From an uncultured Streptomycetaceae bacterium (lineage in GTDB: Bacteria; Pseudomonadota; Gammaproteobacteria; Burkholderiales; SG8-41), in assembly GCA_964564295.1 (NCBI GenBank), contig CAZMBS010000003.1, forward strand, positions 1 to 48,783: a stretch of DNA of 48,783 nucleotides, written 5' to 3'. The position numbers and the translations under genes were made by a program. Below the pieces are notes generated by a model, which was not told the DNA's origin, did no database searches, and saw only the letters and a program-made list of their open reading frames with translations. This document shows positions 40,395 to 48,783 of this stretch, one piece after another. Within the stretch, counting starts at the first letter, position 1. Every line of letters starts with the position of its first letter.

Positions 40395-40422
40395 TTGGCA
40401 CGCGCGGATTTGATGGCATCAT
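40395..40422 (+). promoter_or_regulatory. candidate sigma70 promoter of fadE
   Basis: TTGGCA (40395-40400), a 16-nt spacer, then CATCAT (40417-40422). This is followed by a short leader with a GGGAGGG Shine-Dalgarno before ATG 40441. Confidence 0.35.
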
Positions 40423-40440
40423 GAAGTCTGGGAGGGTCAC

Positions 40441-42969
40441 ATGACCACACTGCTCGTCATTCTTGCCGCGCTCGCGGTGCTCTGGTTCCTGGCCTACCAC
40501 CGCTTCCCGGCGATCGCCTGGACGCTGGTCATCGCCGCGGGTCTCGGCGTGCTGACGCTGTATTCCGGATGGACGGCAGCCGCGATCGCATCGTTATGGG
40601 CGGGATTCGCCGTTGCGGCGCTGATCGGCAATCCGACGCCCGTGCGACGCGCGCTCGTGAGTCTTCCGCTGCTCGCGCTGTTCCGGCGCATCCTGCCGCA
40701 GGTGTCGCAAACCGAGCAGGAAGCGCTCGACGCGGGCACGGTGTGGTGGGACGGCGAACTGTTCAGCGGCAATCCGGACTGGAACAAGCTGCTCGCGTAT
40801 CCCAAGCCGGCGCTGACGGCGGAGGAGCAGGCCTTCGTCGACGGCCCGGTGAACGAACTCTGCGAGATGGTCGACGAATGGCAGGTCGTGAACGAGTTGC
40901 ACGATCTGCCCCCGCACGTCTGGCAGTTCATCAAGGACAACGGCTTCATCGGCATGATCATTCCGAAGGAATACGGCGGCAAGGGCTTTTCGGCGCTCGC
41001 GCATTCCGAAATCGTCATGAAGCTCACGACGCATACCGGCACGGCGGCGGTTTCGGTGATGGTGCCGAACTCGCTCGGGCCGGCGGAATTGCTGCTGCAC
41101 TACGGCACGAAGGCGCAGAAGGACCATTACCTGCCGCGGCTCGCGAAGGGTCTCGAGATTCCCTGTTTCGCGCTGACCAGTCCGGAAGCGGGATCGGACG
41201 CGGGCGGCATTCCCGATTTCGGTATCGTGTGCCGCGGGGACTGGCAGGGCGAGAAGGACGTGCTGGGCATACGCCTCACGTGGGAGAAGCGCTACATCAC
41301 GCTGGGGCCGATCGCGACGCTGCTCGGTCTCGCATTCCGGCTCTACGATCCCGCTCACCTGCTCGGCGAAAAGGAAGACATCGGCATCACGCTCGGGCTG
41401 ATTCCCACGCATACGCCGGGCGTGCATATCGGGCGCCGCCACATGCCGCTGAACGGGGCGTTCATGAACGGCCCGAACTGGGGCCGGGACGTGTTCGTGC
41501 CGATGGACTACGTGATCGGCGGCGTCGATTACGTCGGGCAGGGCTGGAAGATGCTGATGAACTGCCTCGCGGCGGGACGGTCGATTTCGCTGCCCGCCAA
41601 CGGAACCGGGATGTCGAAGCTGTGCGCGCTGACGACCGGCGCCTACGGGCGCGTGCGGCAGCAGTTCCGGCTCTCGATCGGGCGCTTCGAGGGCGTCGAA
41701 GAAGCGATGGCGCGCATCGGCGGCAACCTCTACATGATGGACGCGGCGCGCAAGATGACGGCCGGCGCGATCGACCTCGGCGAGAAACCGTCCGTCGTGT
41801 CGGCGATCGTCAAGTACCATCTGACGGAGCGCGGCCGCAAGGTCGTCATCGATGCGATGGACGTGCATGGCGGAAAGGGCATCTGCATGGGCCCGAACAA
41901 TTACCTCGCGCACGCCTATCAGCAGACGCCGATCGCGATCACCGTCGAGGGCGCCAACATCCTCACGCGCTCGATGATCATCTTCGGTCAGGGCGCGATA
42001 CGCGGCCATCCGTTCGTGCTGAAGGAAATCACGGCCACGCAGGAGAAGGATCACGGCAAGGCGCTGCGCGACTTCGACGCCGCATTTTTCGGGCACGTGG
42101 CGTTCGTGGTCGCGAACAAGGCGCGCGCGGCGTGGATGGGGATTACCGGCGCGCGATTCGTGTCGACCCCGGGCGATGCCGACACGCGGCGCTACTATCG
42201 GCAGCTCACACGGCTTTCAAGTGCTTTCGCCTTTGCTTCCGACGTGGCGATGTTCGTGCTCGGCGGCTCGCTGAAGCGGCGCGAGCGCATCTCCGCGCGG
42301 CTCGGCGACATCCTGTCCCAGTTGTATCTCGCGTCCGCGACGCTGAAGCGCTACGAGGATGACGGCCGGCCGAGGGAGGATCTGCCGCTGCTGCACTGGT
42401 CGATGCAGGATGCGTTGCACCAGATCGAGGAGGCGTTCTACGGGTTCTTCGACAACCTGCCGAATGCGTTCATCGCGTGGTCGGTGAAGCGCATCGTATT
42501 TCCGTGGGGCCGCGTATTCCGGCCGCCGCCGGACGCGTTGGGGAGCCGGGTCGTCAACCTGCTCATGGTGCCGGGGCCGTCGCGCGACCGGCTGACCGCG
42601 GGCGTGTTCATCTCGAAAAACGCGGACGATCCGATCGCGACCATCGAAGCGGCGCTGCGCGCGGTCATCGCGGCGGAACCCATCGGCGCGAAAATTCGCG
42701 ATGCCCGGGAGCAGGGGAAAATCACCGCGCGATTCGCGGACCAGATCGTCGACGAGGCGGTCGCGAAGGGCGTGATCACGCCGGACGAGAAGGCGGCGAT
42801 GGAGCGTGCGAAGGCGTTGCGGCGCAAGGTCATCATGGTCGATGATTTTCCGAAGGACTTCGGCAGGACCGAAATCCACCAGACCACGGAGCCCGTCACG
42901 TTCGAGGCGTTGCGCGGGCGCACCGCGTGGCCCGAGCAGGCGAGCCACCAGCCGAACCCGTCGACGTGA
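40441..42969 (+). CDS. fadE: large membrane-anchored acyl-CoA dehydrogenase, FadE type
   Basis: 842-aa ORF. The N-terminus has hydrophobic helices (MTTLLVILAALAVLWFLAY..., AWTLVIAAGLGVLTLY). It is followed by an ACAD core (CFALTSPEAGSDAG, GANILTRSMIIFGQGAIRGHP) and the long C-terminal extension typical of E. coli-type FadE. Confidence 0.92.
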   Translation: MTTLLVILAALAVLWFLAYHRFPAIAWTLVIAAGLGVLTLYSGWTAAAIASLWAGFAVAALIGNPTPVRRALVSLPLLALFRRILPQVSQTEQEALDAGTVWWDGELFSGNPDWNKLLAYPKPALTAEEQAFVDGPVNELCEMVDEWQVVNELHDLPPHVWQFIKDNGFIGMIIPKEYGGKGFSALAHSEIVMKLTTHTGTAAVSVMVPNSLGPAELLLHYGTKAQKDHYLPRLAKGLEIPCFALTSPEAGSDAGGIPDFGIVCRGDWQGEKDVLGIRLTWEKRYITLGPIATLLGLAFRLYDPAHLLGEKEDIGITLGLIPTHTPGVHIGRRHMPLNGAFMNGPNWGRDVFVPMDYVIGGVDYVGQGWKMLMNCLAAGRSISLPANGTGMSKLCALTTGAYGRVRQQFRLSIGRFEGVEEAMARIGGNLYMMDAARKMTAGAIDLGEKPSVVSAIVKYHLTERGRKVVIDAMDVHGGKGICMGPNNYLAHAYQQTPIAITVEGANILTRSMIIFGQGAIRGHPFVLKEITATQEKDHGKALRDFDAAFFGHVAFVVANKARAAWMGITGARFVSTPGDADTRRYYRQLTRLSSAFAFASDVAMFVLGGSLKRRERISARLGDILSQLYLASATLKRYEDDGRPREDLPLLHWSMQDALHQIEEAFYGFFDNLPNAFIAWSVKRIVFPWGRVFRPPPDALGSRVVNLLMVPGPSRDRLTAGVFISKNADDPIATIEAALRAVIAAEPIGAKIRDAREQGKITARFADQIVDEAVAKGVITPDEKAAMERAKALRRKVIMVDDFPKDFGRTEIHQTTEPVTFEALRGRTAWPEQASHQPNPST

Positions 42970-43751
42970 GCGACTGCGTCCTGTATGCCGTTGCCGACGG
43001 CGTGGCAACGGTCACGCTGAACCGGCCGAAAGTCATGAATGCGCTGGATGACGCGATGATCCGCGCGCTGCGCGCTGCCTGCGAACGTTTGGAGACGGAT
43101 GCCGGCGCGCGCGTCGCCGTGCTGCGCGGCGCGGGGCCCGCTTTCCTCGCCGGAGGCGACGTCGGCGCGTTCCGGGCGAATCTCGCGCGCGCGCCGGAAA
43201 TGGTGAACGATCTCGCCAGCGAACTGCACTGCGGCATTCGTGCGCTGCGCCGCGCCGCAAAACCGGTCGTGGCCGCGGTGCACGGGGCCGTGGCGGGCGC
43301 GGGCATGAGTCTCATGATGGCCGCGGACCTGGTGGTTGCCGCGACGGGCACGCAGTTTACGATGGCGTACAGCCGTATCGGCACGAGTCCCGACGGCGGC
43401 GCGAGTTTTTTTCTGCCGCGCATTGCCGGTTACCAGCGCGCGATGGAGTTGCTGCTGCTCGCGGACGCGTGCGACGCGGAAACCATGGCGCGCTACGGCA
43501 TCGTGAACCGGGTCGTCGCCGCGGAAGCGCTCGACGAAACGGTCCGCAGCCTCGCGCAGCGGCTCGTGCGTGGCCCGGCACGCGCGTACGCCGAGACGAA
43601 GGCGCTGCTGAATCGCGCGCAGGAGAGCGAACTCGCACGGCAGCTCGACGCGGAGACGGCTGCGTTTGCGCGCTGCGCGGCGACGCGCGATTTCGGCGAG
43701 GGCGTCACGGCGTTCGTGGAAAAGCGCAGTCCGCGCTTTCAGGGCGGCTAG
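42966..43751 (+). CDS. enoyl-CoA hydratase/isomerase (crotonase) family protein
   Basis: GTG 42966 overlaps the fadE stop (GTGA). Crotonase pattern VATVTLNRPKVMNALD, AFLAGGDV, AAVHGAVAGAGMSLMMAADL and FGEGVTAFVEKRSPRF. Confidence 0.88.
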   Translation: MSDCVLYAVADGVATVTLNRPKVMNALDDAMIRALRAACERLETDAGARVAVLRGAGPAFLAGGDVGAFRANLARAPEMVNDLASELHCGIRALRRAAKPVVAAVHGAVAGAGMSLMMAADLVVAATGTQFTMAYSRIGTSPDGGASFFLPRIAGYQRAMELLLLADACDAETMARYGIVNRVVAAEALDETVRSLAQRLVRGPARAYAETKALLNRAQESELARQLDAETAAFARCAATRDFGEGVTAFVEKRSPRFQGG

Positions 43752-43816
43752 CGTCGCGACGCGCAGTACACGAAGCAACGCGGGAAGCGATCGGAAACAC
43801 CAGGTTCGGGGGCGAC

Positions 43817-44638
43817 ATGTCGGGACTGCGGGGGAGAACGGTATTCATCACCGGCGCGAGCCGCGGCATCGGCCGCGAGATCGCGCTGCGCTGCGCACGC
43901 GACGGCGCCAACATCGTGGTGACCGCGAAGACCGCGGAACCCCACCCCAAGCTCGAAGGCACGATACATACCGTCGCGGCGGAAGTGGAGGCAGCGGGCG
44001 GCAAGGCGCTCGCGCTGCAGCTCGACGTGCGGGACGATGCCGCCGTGCAGGCCGCCGTGAAACGGGCTGCCGGGACCTTCGGCGGGATCGACGTGCTGGT
44101 CAACAACGCGAGCGCGATCCTGCTGACCGGCACGCTGGCGACATCCATGAGGCGCTTCGATCTGATGTTCGGGGTCAACGTGCGCGGCACGTTCGCGTGT
44201 TCGCAGGCGTGCATACCCCATCTCGTGAAGGGCACGAACCCGCACATCCTGAACCTGTCGCCGCCGCTCAACATGAACGCGCGCTGGTTCAAGGATCACG
44301 TTGCCTACACCATGGCGAAGTACGGGATGAGCCAGTGCACGCTCGGCATGGCTGCCGAACTGAAGGGCGCCGGCGTCGCGGTGAACTCGCTGTGGCCGCG
44401 GACGACGATCGCGACCGCCGCGATCGCCGTGAACTTTCCCGATGAGATCTTGAAGGCGAGCCGCAAGCCTGCCATCATGGCCGACGCAGCGCACGCGATT
44501 TTCCTCCGGGACAGCCGTGAGGCGACCGGAAACTTCTACATCGACGAGACGGTGCTGCGCGAGGAGGGCATCGCGGACTTCGACCGCTACGCGGTGACTC
44601 CGGGCGCGCGGCTTTATACGGATCTGTTTCTGGAGTGA
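43817..44638 (+). CDS. SDR-family oxidoreductase (HSDL2-like)
   Basis: 273 aa from ATG 43817. It shows TVFITGASRGIGREIA (TGxxxGxG), NNAS and YTMAKYG (YxxxK), with a Pro-rich loop LNLSPPLNMN. Confidence 0.88.
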   Translation: MSGLRGRTVFITGASRGIGREIALRCARDGANIVVTAKTAEPHPKLEGTIHTVAAEVEAAGGKALALQLDVRDDAAVQAAVKRAAGTFGGIDVLVNNASAILLTGTLATSMRRFDLMFGVNVRGTFACSQACIPHLVKGTNPHILNLSPPLNMNARWFKDHVAYTMAKYGMSQCTLGMAAELKGAGVAVNSLWPRTTIATAAIAVNFPDEILKASRKPAIMADAAHAIFLRDSREATGNFYIDETVLREEGIADFDRYAVTPGARLYTDLFLE

Positions 44639-44661
44639 CGCCCAAGGCGGAGGAGGCCGAC

Positions 44662-46476
44662 ATGTCTGAAACCAAAGCACCCGCGCACGTAGTCCCGGCA
44701 TCGGAAGCCGTCACGCTGGACGGCATATTTCGCGAGCGCGTGAAGCGCACGCCGGACCTCGTGGCATACCGGTACTACAGCGAGGCGCATGCCAACTGGC
44801 GCGACGTCACGTGGGCGCAGATGAACCACCAGGTCGCGCGCTGGCAGTCGGCGCTCGAGAAGGACGGCCTGAAACCCGGCGACCGGGTCGCCGTGATGCT
44901 GCGCAACTGCCCGGAATGGGTGATGTTCGACGTCGCGGCCATGGGGCTTGGACTGGTCGTCGTGCCGCTGTACACGCAGGATCGCCCCGACAACGTCGCG
45001 TACATCCTGAACGACGCCGGCTGCAAGGTCATGTTGTTCGAAGGGCCCGAACAGTGGCAGGCGCTTGCCGATGTGCGCGGACAACTCGGCGGCGTCGTGC
45101 GCTTTCTGTCGATCAACGCGCCGACGGGCGAGGGACGCGATCCCCGGTTGCAGTCCGTCGGCGAGTGGCTGCCCGACCAGGGGGGCGAGACGCGGCACGT
45201 CGGCCGCGACGGCAAGGCGCTCGCGACCATCGTCTACACGTCCGGCACGACCGGCCGGCCGAAAGGCGTGATGCTGTCGCACGACAACATCGTTTCCAAT
45301 GCCTACGCCTGCCTGCAGGTCATGGCCGTGGGCCACGACGACACGTTTCTGTCGTTCCTGCCGCTGTCGCACACGTTCGAGCGCACGTGCGGTTATTACC
45401 TCACGGTCATGGCGGGATCGACGACGGCGTACGCGCGCTCGATTCCACAGCTCGGTGAGGACTTGCAGACCATCCGACCCACGATGCTGATATCGGTGCC
45501 GCGGATTTACGAGCGGATCTGGGGCACGATCCGCGCCAAGCTGGACGAGGGGCCGCCCGTCCGCAAGAAGCTTTTTCTTGCCGCGGTGAACGTGGGGTAC
45601 GCGCGCTTCGAGTACGCGCAAGGCCGCGGACCGTGGCAGGCGTCGTTCCTGCTGTGGCCCCTGCTCAACAAGCTCGTCGCGTCCAAGGTGCTCGCGCGGC
45701 TCGGCGGCCGCATGAAAGCGGCACTTTCCGGCGGCGCGGCACTGTCGCCCGAGATTTCGCGCGTATTCATCGGCCTCGGGTTGCCGGTGTTGCAGGGGTA
45801 CGGCATGACCGAATCGAGCCCTGTCGCCTGCGCCAATCGCCCGGAGGACAATCTTCCGGCGAGCGTGGGCAGAACCGTGCCGGGCGTGCAGGTCCGCATC
45901 GGCGAGAACAACGCGCTGCTCATCAAGGGACCCAACGTGATGATGGGTTACTGGAACAACGCGGATGCGACCCGGGCGATCATGATGCCCGACGGTTGGT
46001 TGAATTCCGGCGACACCGCGCGCATCGACGATGCGGGCCACGTGTTCATCACCGGCCGGCTCAAGGAAATCATCGTCATGTCGAACGGCGAGAAGATTCC
46101 TCCGGCCGACATGGAAGCCGCGATCATGCGTGATCCGCTGTTCGAGCAGGTGATGATGCTCGGCGAAGGCAAGCCGTATCTGGCCGTGATGGCCGTGCTC
46201 AATACCGACAACTGGAAAAAACTGGCGGCCGAGCGCGGGCTCGATGCGGGCGCCGCAGGCGCGGTGCAGTCGAAGCAGGTCGCCGAGATCGCGGTGGAGC
46301 GCATCGGGCTCCAGCTGAAGGAGTTTCCGGGCTACGCGCAGGTGCGGCGCGTCGCGCTGACGCTCGATCCGTGGACGGTGGAGAATGGTTTGCTGACGCC
46401 CACGATGAAGTTGAAACGCGCGAAGGTCATGGAGAAATTCAACGCCGAAATCGACGGCATGTATGCCGGGCACTGA
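44662..46476 (+). CDS. long-chain fatty-acid--CoA ligase (AMP-dependent synthetase)
   Basis: ATG 44662 is preceded by a GGAGGAGG Shine-Dalgarno (the track GTG at 44635 is less likely). Motifs IVYTSGTTGRPKGVMLSH, GYGMTESSP, WLNSGDTA, GRLKEIIVMSNGEKIPP and LLTPTMKLKR. Confidence 0.9.
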   Translation: MSETKAPAHVVPASEAVTLDGIFRERVKRTPDLVAYRYYSEAHANWRDVTWAQMNHQVARWQSALEKDGLKPGDRVAVMLRNCPEWVMFDVAAMGLGLVVVPLYTQDRPDNVAYILNDAGCKVMLFEGPEQWQALADVRGQLGGVVRFLSINAPTGEGRDPRLQSVGEWLPDQGGETRHVGRDGKALATIVYTSGTTGRPKGVMLSHDNIVSNAYACLQVMAVGHDDTFLSFLPLSHTFERTCGYYLTVMAGSTTAYARSIPQLGEDLQTIRPTMLISVPRIYERIWGTIRAKLDEGPPVRKKLFLAAVNVGYARFEYAQGRGPWQASFLLWPLLNKLVASKVLARLGGRMKAALSGGAALSPEISRVFIGLGLPVLQGYGMTESSPVACANRPEDNLPASVGRTVPGVQVRIGENNALLIKGPNVMMGYWNNADATRAIMMPDGWLNSGDTARIDDAGHVFITGRLKEIIVMSNGEKIPPADMEAAIMRDPLFEQVMMLGEGKPYLAVMAVLNTDNWKKLAAERGLDAGAAGAVQSKQVAEIAVERIGLQLKEFPGYAQVRRVALTLDPWTVENGLLTPTMKLKRAKVMEKFNAEIDGMYAGH

Positions 46477-46494
46477 ACGACCCGCGGGGAAGTC

Positions 46495-46893
46495 GTGACG
46501 ACGCTGCCGGCCGGAAAGGAACCCACGCTGCGCGTGGTGCCGATGCCGGCGGATGCCAACCACACCGGCGACATTTTCGGCGGGTGGATCATGGCGCAGG
46601 TGGACCTCGCGGGCAGCATCCCGGCGATCCGCCTCGCGCGCGGACGCGTCGCGACCATCGCCGTCAACTCGTTCGTGTTCAAACAGCCGGTTTTCGTCGG
46701 CGATGTGGTGAGTTTCTACGCGGATGTGGTCAAGGTGGGACGCACGTCGATTACCGTGGATGTCGAGGTCTATGCCCAACGCCGCCCGGAGCGCGAAGAG
46801 TGCGTGAAGGTCACCGAGGCGACGCTCACGTACGTGGCGGTGGACGGCGAGCGCCGGCCGCGTGTTGTATCGTCGCAACAACCGGCGGAATGA
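46495..46893 (+). CDS. hot-dog-fold acyl-CoA thioesterase (YciA-like)
   Basis: 132-aa ORF with a GTG start and GGGGAAG Shine-Dalgarno. It shows PMPADANHTGDIFGGWIMAQVD...VATIAVNSFVFKQPVFVGDVVSFYADV. Confidence 0.85.
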   Translation: MTTLPAGKEPTLRVVPMPADANHTGDIFGGWIMAQVDLAGSIPAIRLARGRVATIAVNSFVFKQPVFVGDVVSFYADVVKVGRTSITVDVEVYAQRRPEREECVKVTEATLTYVAVDGERRPRVVSSQQPAE

Positions 46894-46907
46894 GCGCGCG
46901 GATAATA

Positions 46908-46935
46908 TTGAAAATGATGCCGCGGGGCGTATGAT
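46908..46935 (+). promoter_or_regulatory. candidate sigma70 promoter of fadL
   Basis: TTGAAA (46908-46913), a 16-nt spacer, then TATGAT (46930-46935). It sits in the AT-richer 117-bp gap, 76 nt upstream of ATG 47011. Confidence 0.5.
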
Positions 46936-47010
46936 GGTTATGCGAGCAAGGGTGCATGTTGTGATGTGGTTCGGGTAACGCATCCAGCAACCAGTCCATT
47001 CGGGGGAGTC

Positions 47011-48396
47011 ATGAAAAAAGCGATTAAAATCATGCCGTTGGCAGTTGCCTGCGCAATGGCTTCCGGCGCGGCAATCGGCTCCGGCTTCGCGCTCATCGAA
47101 CAGAACGCGAGCGGAATGGGCAATGCCTATGCCGGACAGGCAGCATCCGCGCAGGACGCGAGCACGATCTATTTCAATCCGGCCGGCATGACGCGTTTGC
47201 AGGGCCGGCAGGCCGCGGGCGCGTTGCACCTGATACTGCCTTCGGCGGAGTTCAACAACACCGGGACCACGCCGGCGTTTTCCACAATCGTCGGCGGGGG
47301 GCCTTTTGCGTTGAACGGCAACGGCGGCGACGCCGGAGACCTCGCGTTCGTGCCGAACGCCTACTTGAGCTGGCAGCTGACGCCGAACTGGTTCGTCGGC
47401 GTCGGCATCAATGCGCCGTTCGGCCTGAAAACCGAATACGACGCCAACTGGATGGGACGGTTTCACGCAATCAAATCGGAGGTCAAGTCGGTCAACGTGA
47501 ACCCGAGCGTCGCGTACAAGTTGAGCGATGCCGTTTCCCTCGGGTTCGGCCTCAACTGGCAGCGCGCGCAGGCGGTGCTGACCAAGGCGGTGAATTACAG
47601 TTTTGTGGCGTCGGCCGGCGGCATTCCGGGCGTGCCGCTCAATACCGAGGGCGCGAACAAGATCGACGGACATGACGACTCGTGGGGCTGGAACGTCGGC
47701 GCAATGTTCAACATCGGAAAAAGTACGCGCATCGGCATCGCCTACCGGTCGGCGGTGAGCCATACGCTGTCGGGCAGCGCCCAGTTTTCGGGCAGGCCCG
47801 CCGCCGTGAACGCGATACTGGGCGGCGCGGCCGGACCGATATTCGCCGCCGCCGCCGCGGCACAGGTCGGCGACAGCCCGATCACGGCCGATATCAAGTT
47901 GCCGGCCAACGCGTCCTGGAGCATTTTCCATCAGTTGAATCCGAAGTGGGACCTGATGGCGGACATCTCCTGGACGCAGTGGAGCAGCGTGCATACGCTG
48001 AACATCGTGCGCAACACGGGCTTCGTGCTGGAGAGCACGCCGTTCCAGTGGAAAAACACGTGGCGCGTCGGTGCGGGCGCCAACTATCACCTGAATCCGA
48101 ACTGGACGCTGCGCGCCGGCATCGCCTACGATCAGACGCCGACGTCCGACGCGTACCGCACGCCGCGACTGCCGGATGAGGACCGCTTCTGGCTCTCCAT
48201 CGGCGGCCAGTACCGGATTTCGAAGGCGGCGAAGATCGACTTCGGCTACGCGCATCTGTTCGTGAAGGATCCGGCGGTGAACAATTCCGGTCCGCCGTCG
48301 TTGACTCCCGCGCTGGCCGCGGGCCGCGGCGGCCTGATCGGCAACTACGACAGCAACGTCAACATACTCAGCGCGCAGTTCACGTATTCGTTCTAG
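47011..48396 (+). CDS. fadL: outer-membrane long-chain fatty acid transporter, FadL/OmpP1/TodX family
   Basis: ATG 47011 with a GGGGGAG Shine-Dalgarno. Signal peptide MKKAIKIMPLAVACAMASGAAIG. Conserved N-terminal hatch GFALIEQNASGMGNAYAG. Alternating beta-strand pattern ending in the terminal aromatic ...AQFTYSF. Confidence 0.92.
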   Translation: MKKAIKIMPLAVACAMASGAAIGSGFALIEQNASGMGNAYAGQAASAQDASTIYFNPAGMTRLQGRQAAGALHLILPSAEFNNTGTTPAFSTIVGGGPFALNGNGGDAGDLAFVPNAYLSWQLTPNWFVGVGINAPFGLKTEYDANWMGRFHAIKSEVKSVNVNPSVAYKLSDAVSLGFGLNWQRAQAVLTKAVNYSFVASAGGIPGVPLNTEGANKIDGHDDSWGWNVGAMFNIGKSTRIGIAYRSAVSHTLSGSAQFSGRPAAVNAILGGAAGPIFAAAAAAQVGDSPITADIKLPANASWSIFHQLNPKWDLMADISWTQWSSVHTLNIVRNTGFVLESTPFQWKNTWRVGAGANYHLNPNWTLRAGIAYDQTPTSDAYRTPRLPDEDRFWLSIGGQYRISKAAKIDFGYAHLFVKDPAVNNSGPPSLTPALAAGRGGLIGNYDSNVNILSAQFTYSF

Positions 48397-48408
48397 GGCA
48401 TCAGGGAG

Positions 48409-48441
48409 CACCGGACGGCAGCGATGCCGTCCGGTTTTTTT
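48409..48441 (+). terminator. Rho-independent terminator of fadL
   Basis: The stem ACCGGACGGCA pairs with TGCCGTCCGGT around the loop GCGA. A run of 8 T follows immediately, 13 nt after the TAG. Confidence 0.85.
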
Positions 48442-48475
48442 TCGCCTGTCGCCCGGGCTGCCGCGCGTGGTGCCC

Positions 48476-48484
48476 GTGCTAGAA
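48476..48484 (+). promoter_or_regulatory. candidate extended -10 promoter (TGcTAGAAT) for the hydroxyacyl-CoA dehydrogenase gene
   Basis: TG-n-TAGAAT at 48476-48484, 31 nt upstream of ATG 48515. No clear -35 is present, which is acceptable for extended -10 promoters. Confidence 0.35.
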
Positions 48485-48514
48485 TGGGTTCGCCTTTCAG
48501 GGGGGAGGGTCTCA

Positions 48515-48783
48515 TGTCCGCAGCACCCTTTATCGTGCGCAGGGCGGCAGTGCTGGGTGCCGGCGTCATGGGCGCCCAGATCGCCGCGCACCTCGTCAAC
48601 GCGAACGTTCCGGTCATGTTGTACGAGCTTCCGGCGAAGGAAGGCGATCCCAACGGCAACGTCTCGAAGGCCATCGACAACCTCGGCAAGCTCGAGCCGA
48701 GCCCGCTCGCGGTGAAATCGCGCGCCGGTTTCATCCAGGCGGCGAACTACGATCAGCATCTGCCCCAGCTGCGCGACTTCGAC
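48515..48783 (+). CDS. 3-hydroxyacyl-CoA dehydrogenase (NAD-binding N-terminus of a large FadB/FadN-type protein), 5' part only
   Basis: Not in the ORF track because no stop lies in the window. A GGGGGGAGGG Shine-Dalgarno precedes the ATG. The translation is MSAAPFIVRRAAVLGAGVMGAQIAAHLVNANVPVMLYEL..., with the GxGxxG Rossmann motif, and stays open to the window end. Confidence 0.8.

Noticed and set aside
40396-40414. Sigma54-like TGGCAC upstream of fadE, attractive because an IHF-type site lies 90 bp upstream
   Set aside because: The -12 element is missing. With GG at 40397-40398, positions -13/-12 fall on TT, and the nearest TTGA is displaced by 2-3 nt and lacks the GC. The adjacent regulator also has no sigma54-interaction (GAFTGA-type AAA+) domain.
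44614-48759. Very long (1381 aa) minus-strand ORF spanning the whole fadD-thioesterase-fadL region
   Set aside because: The translation is Arg/Ala/Gly/Pro/His-rich with no recognisable domains. It lies antisense to three plus-strand genes that have clear family motifs, Shine-Dalgarno sequences and a terminator. This is a typical stop-codon-poor antisense frame of GC-rich DNA.
1-48783. CRISPR arrays, rRNA/tRNA genes, insertion sequences, integrases, prophage genes
   Set aside because: I looked for regularly spaced direct repeats, terminal inverted repeats with a transposase, and conserved RNA motifs and found none. The nucleotide-level repetition among Bug genes is explained by conserved protein blocks.

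Overview
GC-rich DNA (roughly two-thirds G+C by eye, not computed). The gene content looks like a Burkholderiales-type betaproteobacterial chromosome; that taxonomic call is an inference from the very high density of Bug/TctC-family periplasmic binding proteins. I call 42 protein-coding genes, 2 of them truncated by the window edges. I found no rRNA or tRNA, no CRISPR array, and no transposase, integrase or phage genes. The many long Arg/Ala/Gly/Pro-rich ORFs lying antisense to or overlapping these genes are high-GC artefacts. Layout: (i) 1-10954, eleven co-directional minus-strand genes: NMO, three tandem Bug genes, an AMP-ligase, PrpD-like, two Bug genes, PanE-like, DUF35 and a thiolase-like gene. 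(ii) 10976-20531, more Bug genes with an ADP-forming acyl-CoA synthetase, two alpha/beta hydrolases, a second PrpD-like paralog and a stand-alone metallophosphoesterase. (iii) 20599-24696, a minimal K+-channel-like protein, a Tat-exported FecR-domain protein, a REP-type palindrome pair, a MaoC dehydratase, a solitary DNA methyltransferase and DUF1330. (iv) 24693-33305, Bug genes with three unusual acyl-CoA dehydrogenase-like genes, an isopropylmalate/isocitrate-dehydrogenase-family gene and DUF1993. (v) 33329-40241, the region I consider most likely to be new. It encodes a MalT-type STAND ATPase with a C-terminal SARP (winged-helix + BTAD) module. Next comes a control region with three direct repeats phased at exactly 11 bp plus an IHF-like site. 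Downstream lie an orphan lipoprotein and a 949-aa ACP / fatty-acyl-AMP-ligase / membrane / lysophospholipid-acyltransferase fusion. (vi) 40441-48783, a beta-oxidation and uptake cluster: fadE, enoyl-CoA hydratase, SDR, long-chain acyl-CoA ligase, thioesterase, fadL and the start of a hydroxyacyl-CoA dehydrogenase. Independent of the gene map, a family of five AT-rich ~30-bp elements stands out from the GC-rich background. Each ends in an IHF-type core ([A/T]CAA-N4-TTR), and two of them lie inside coding sequence.
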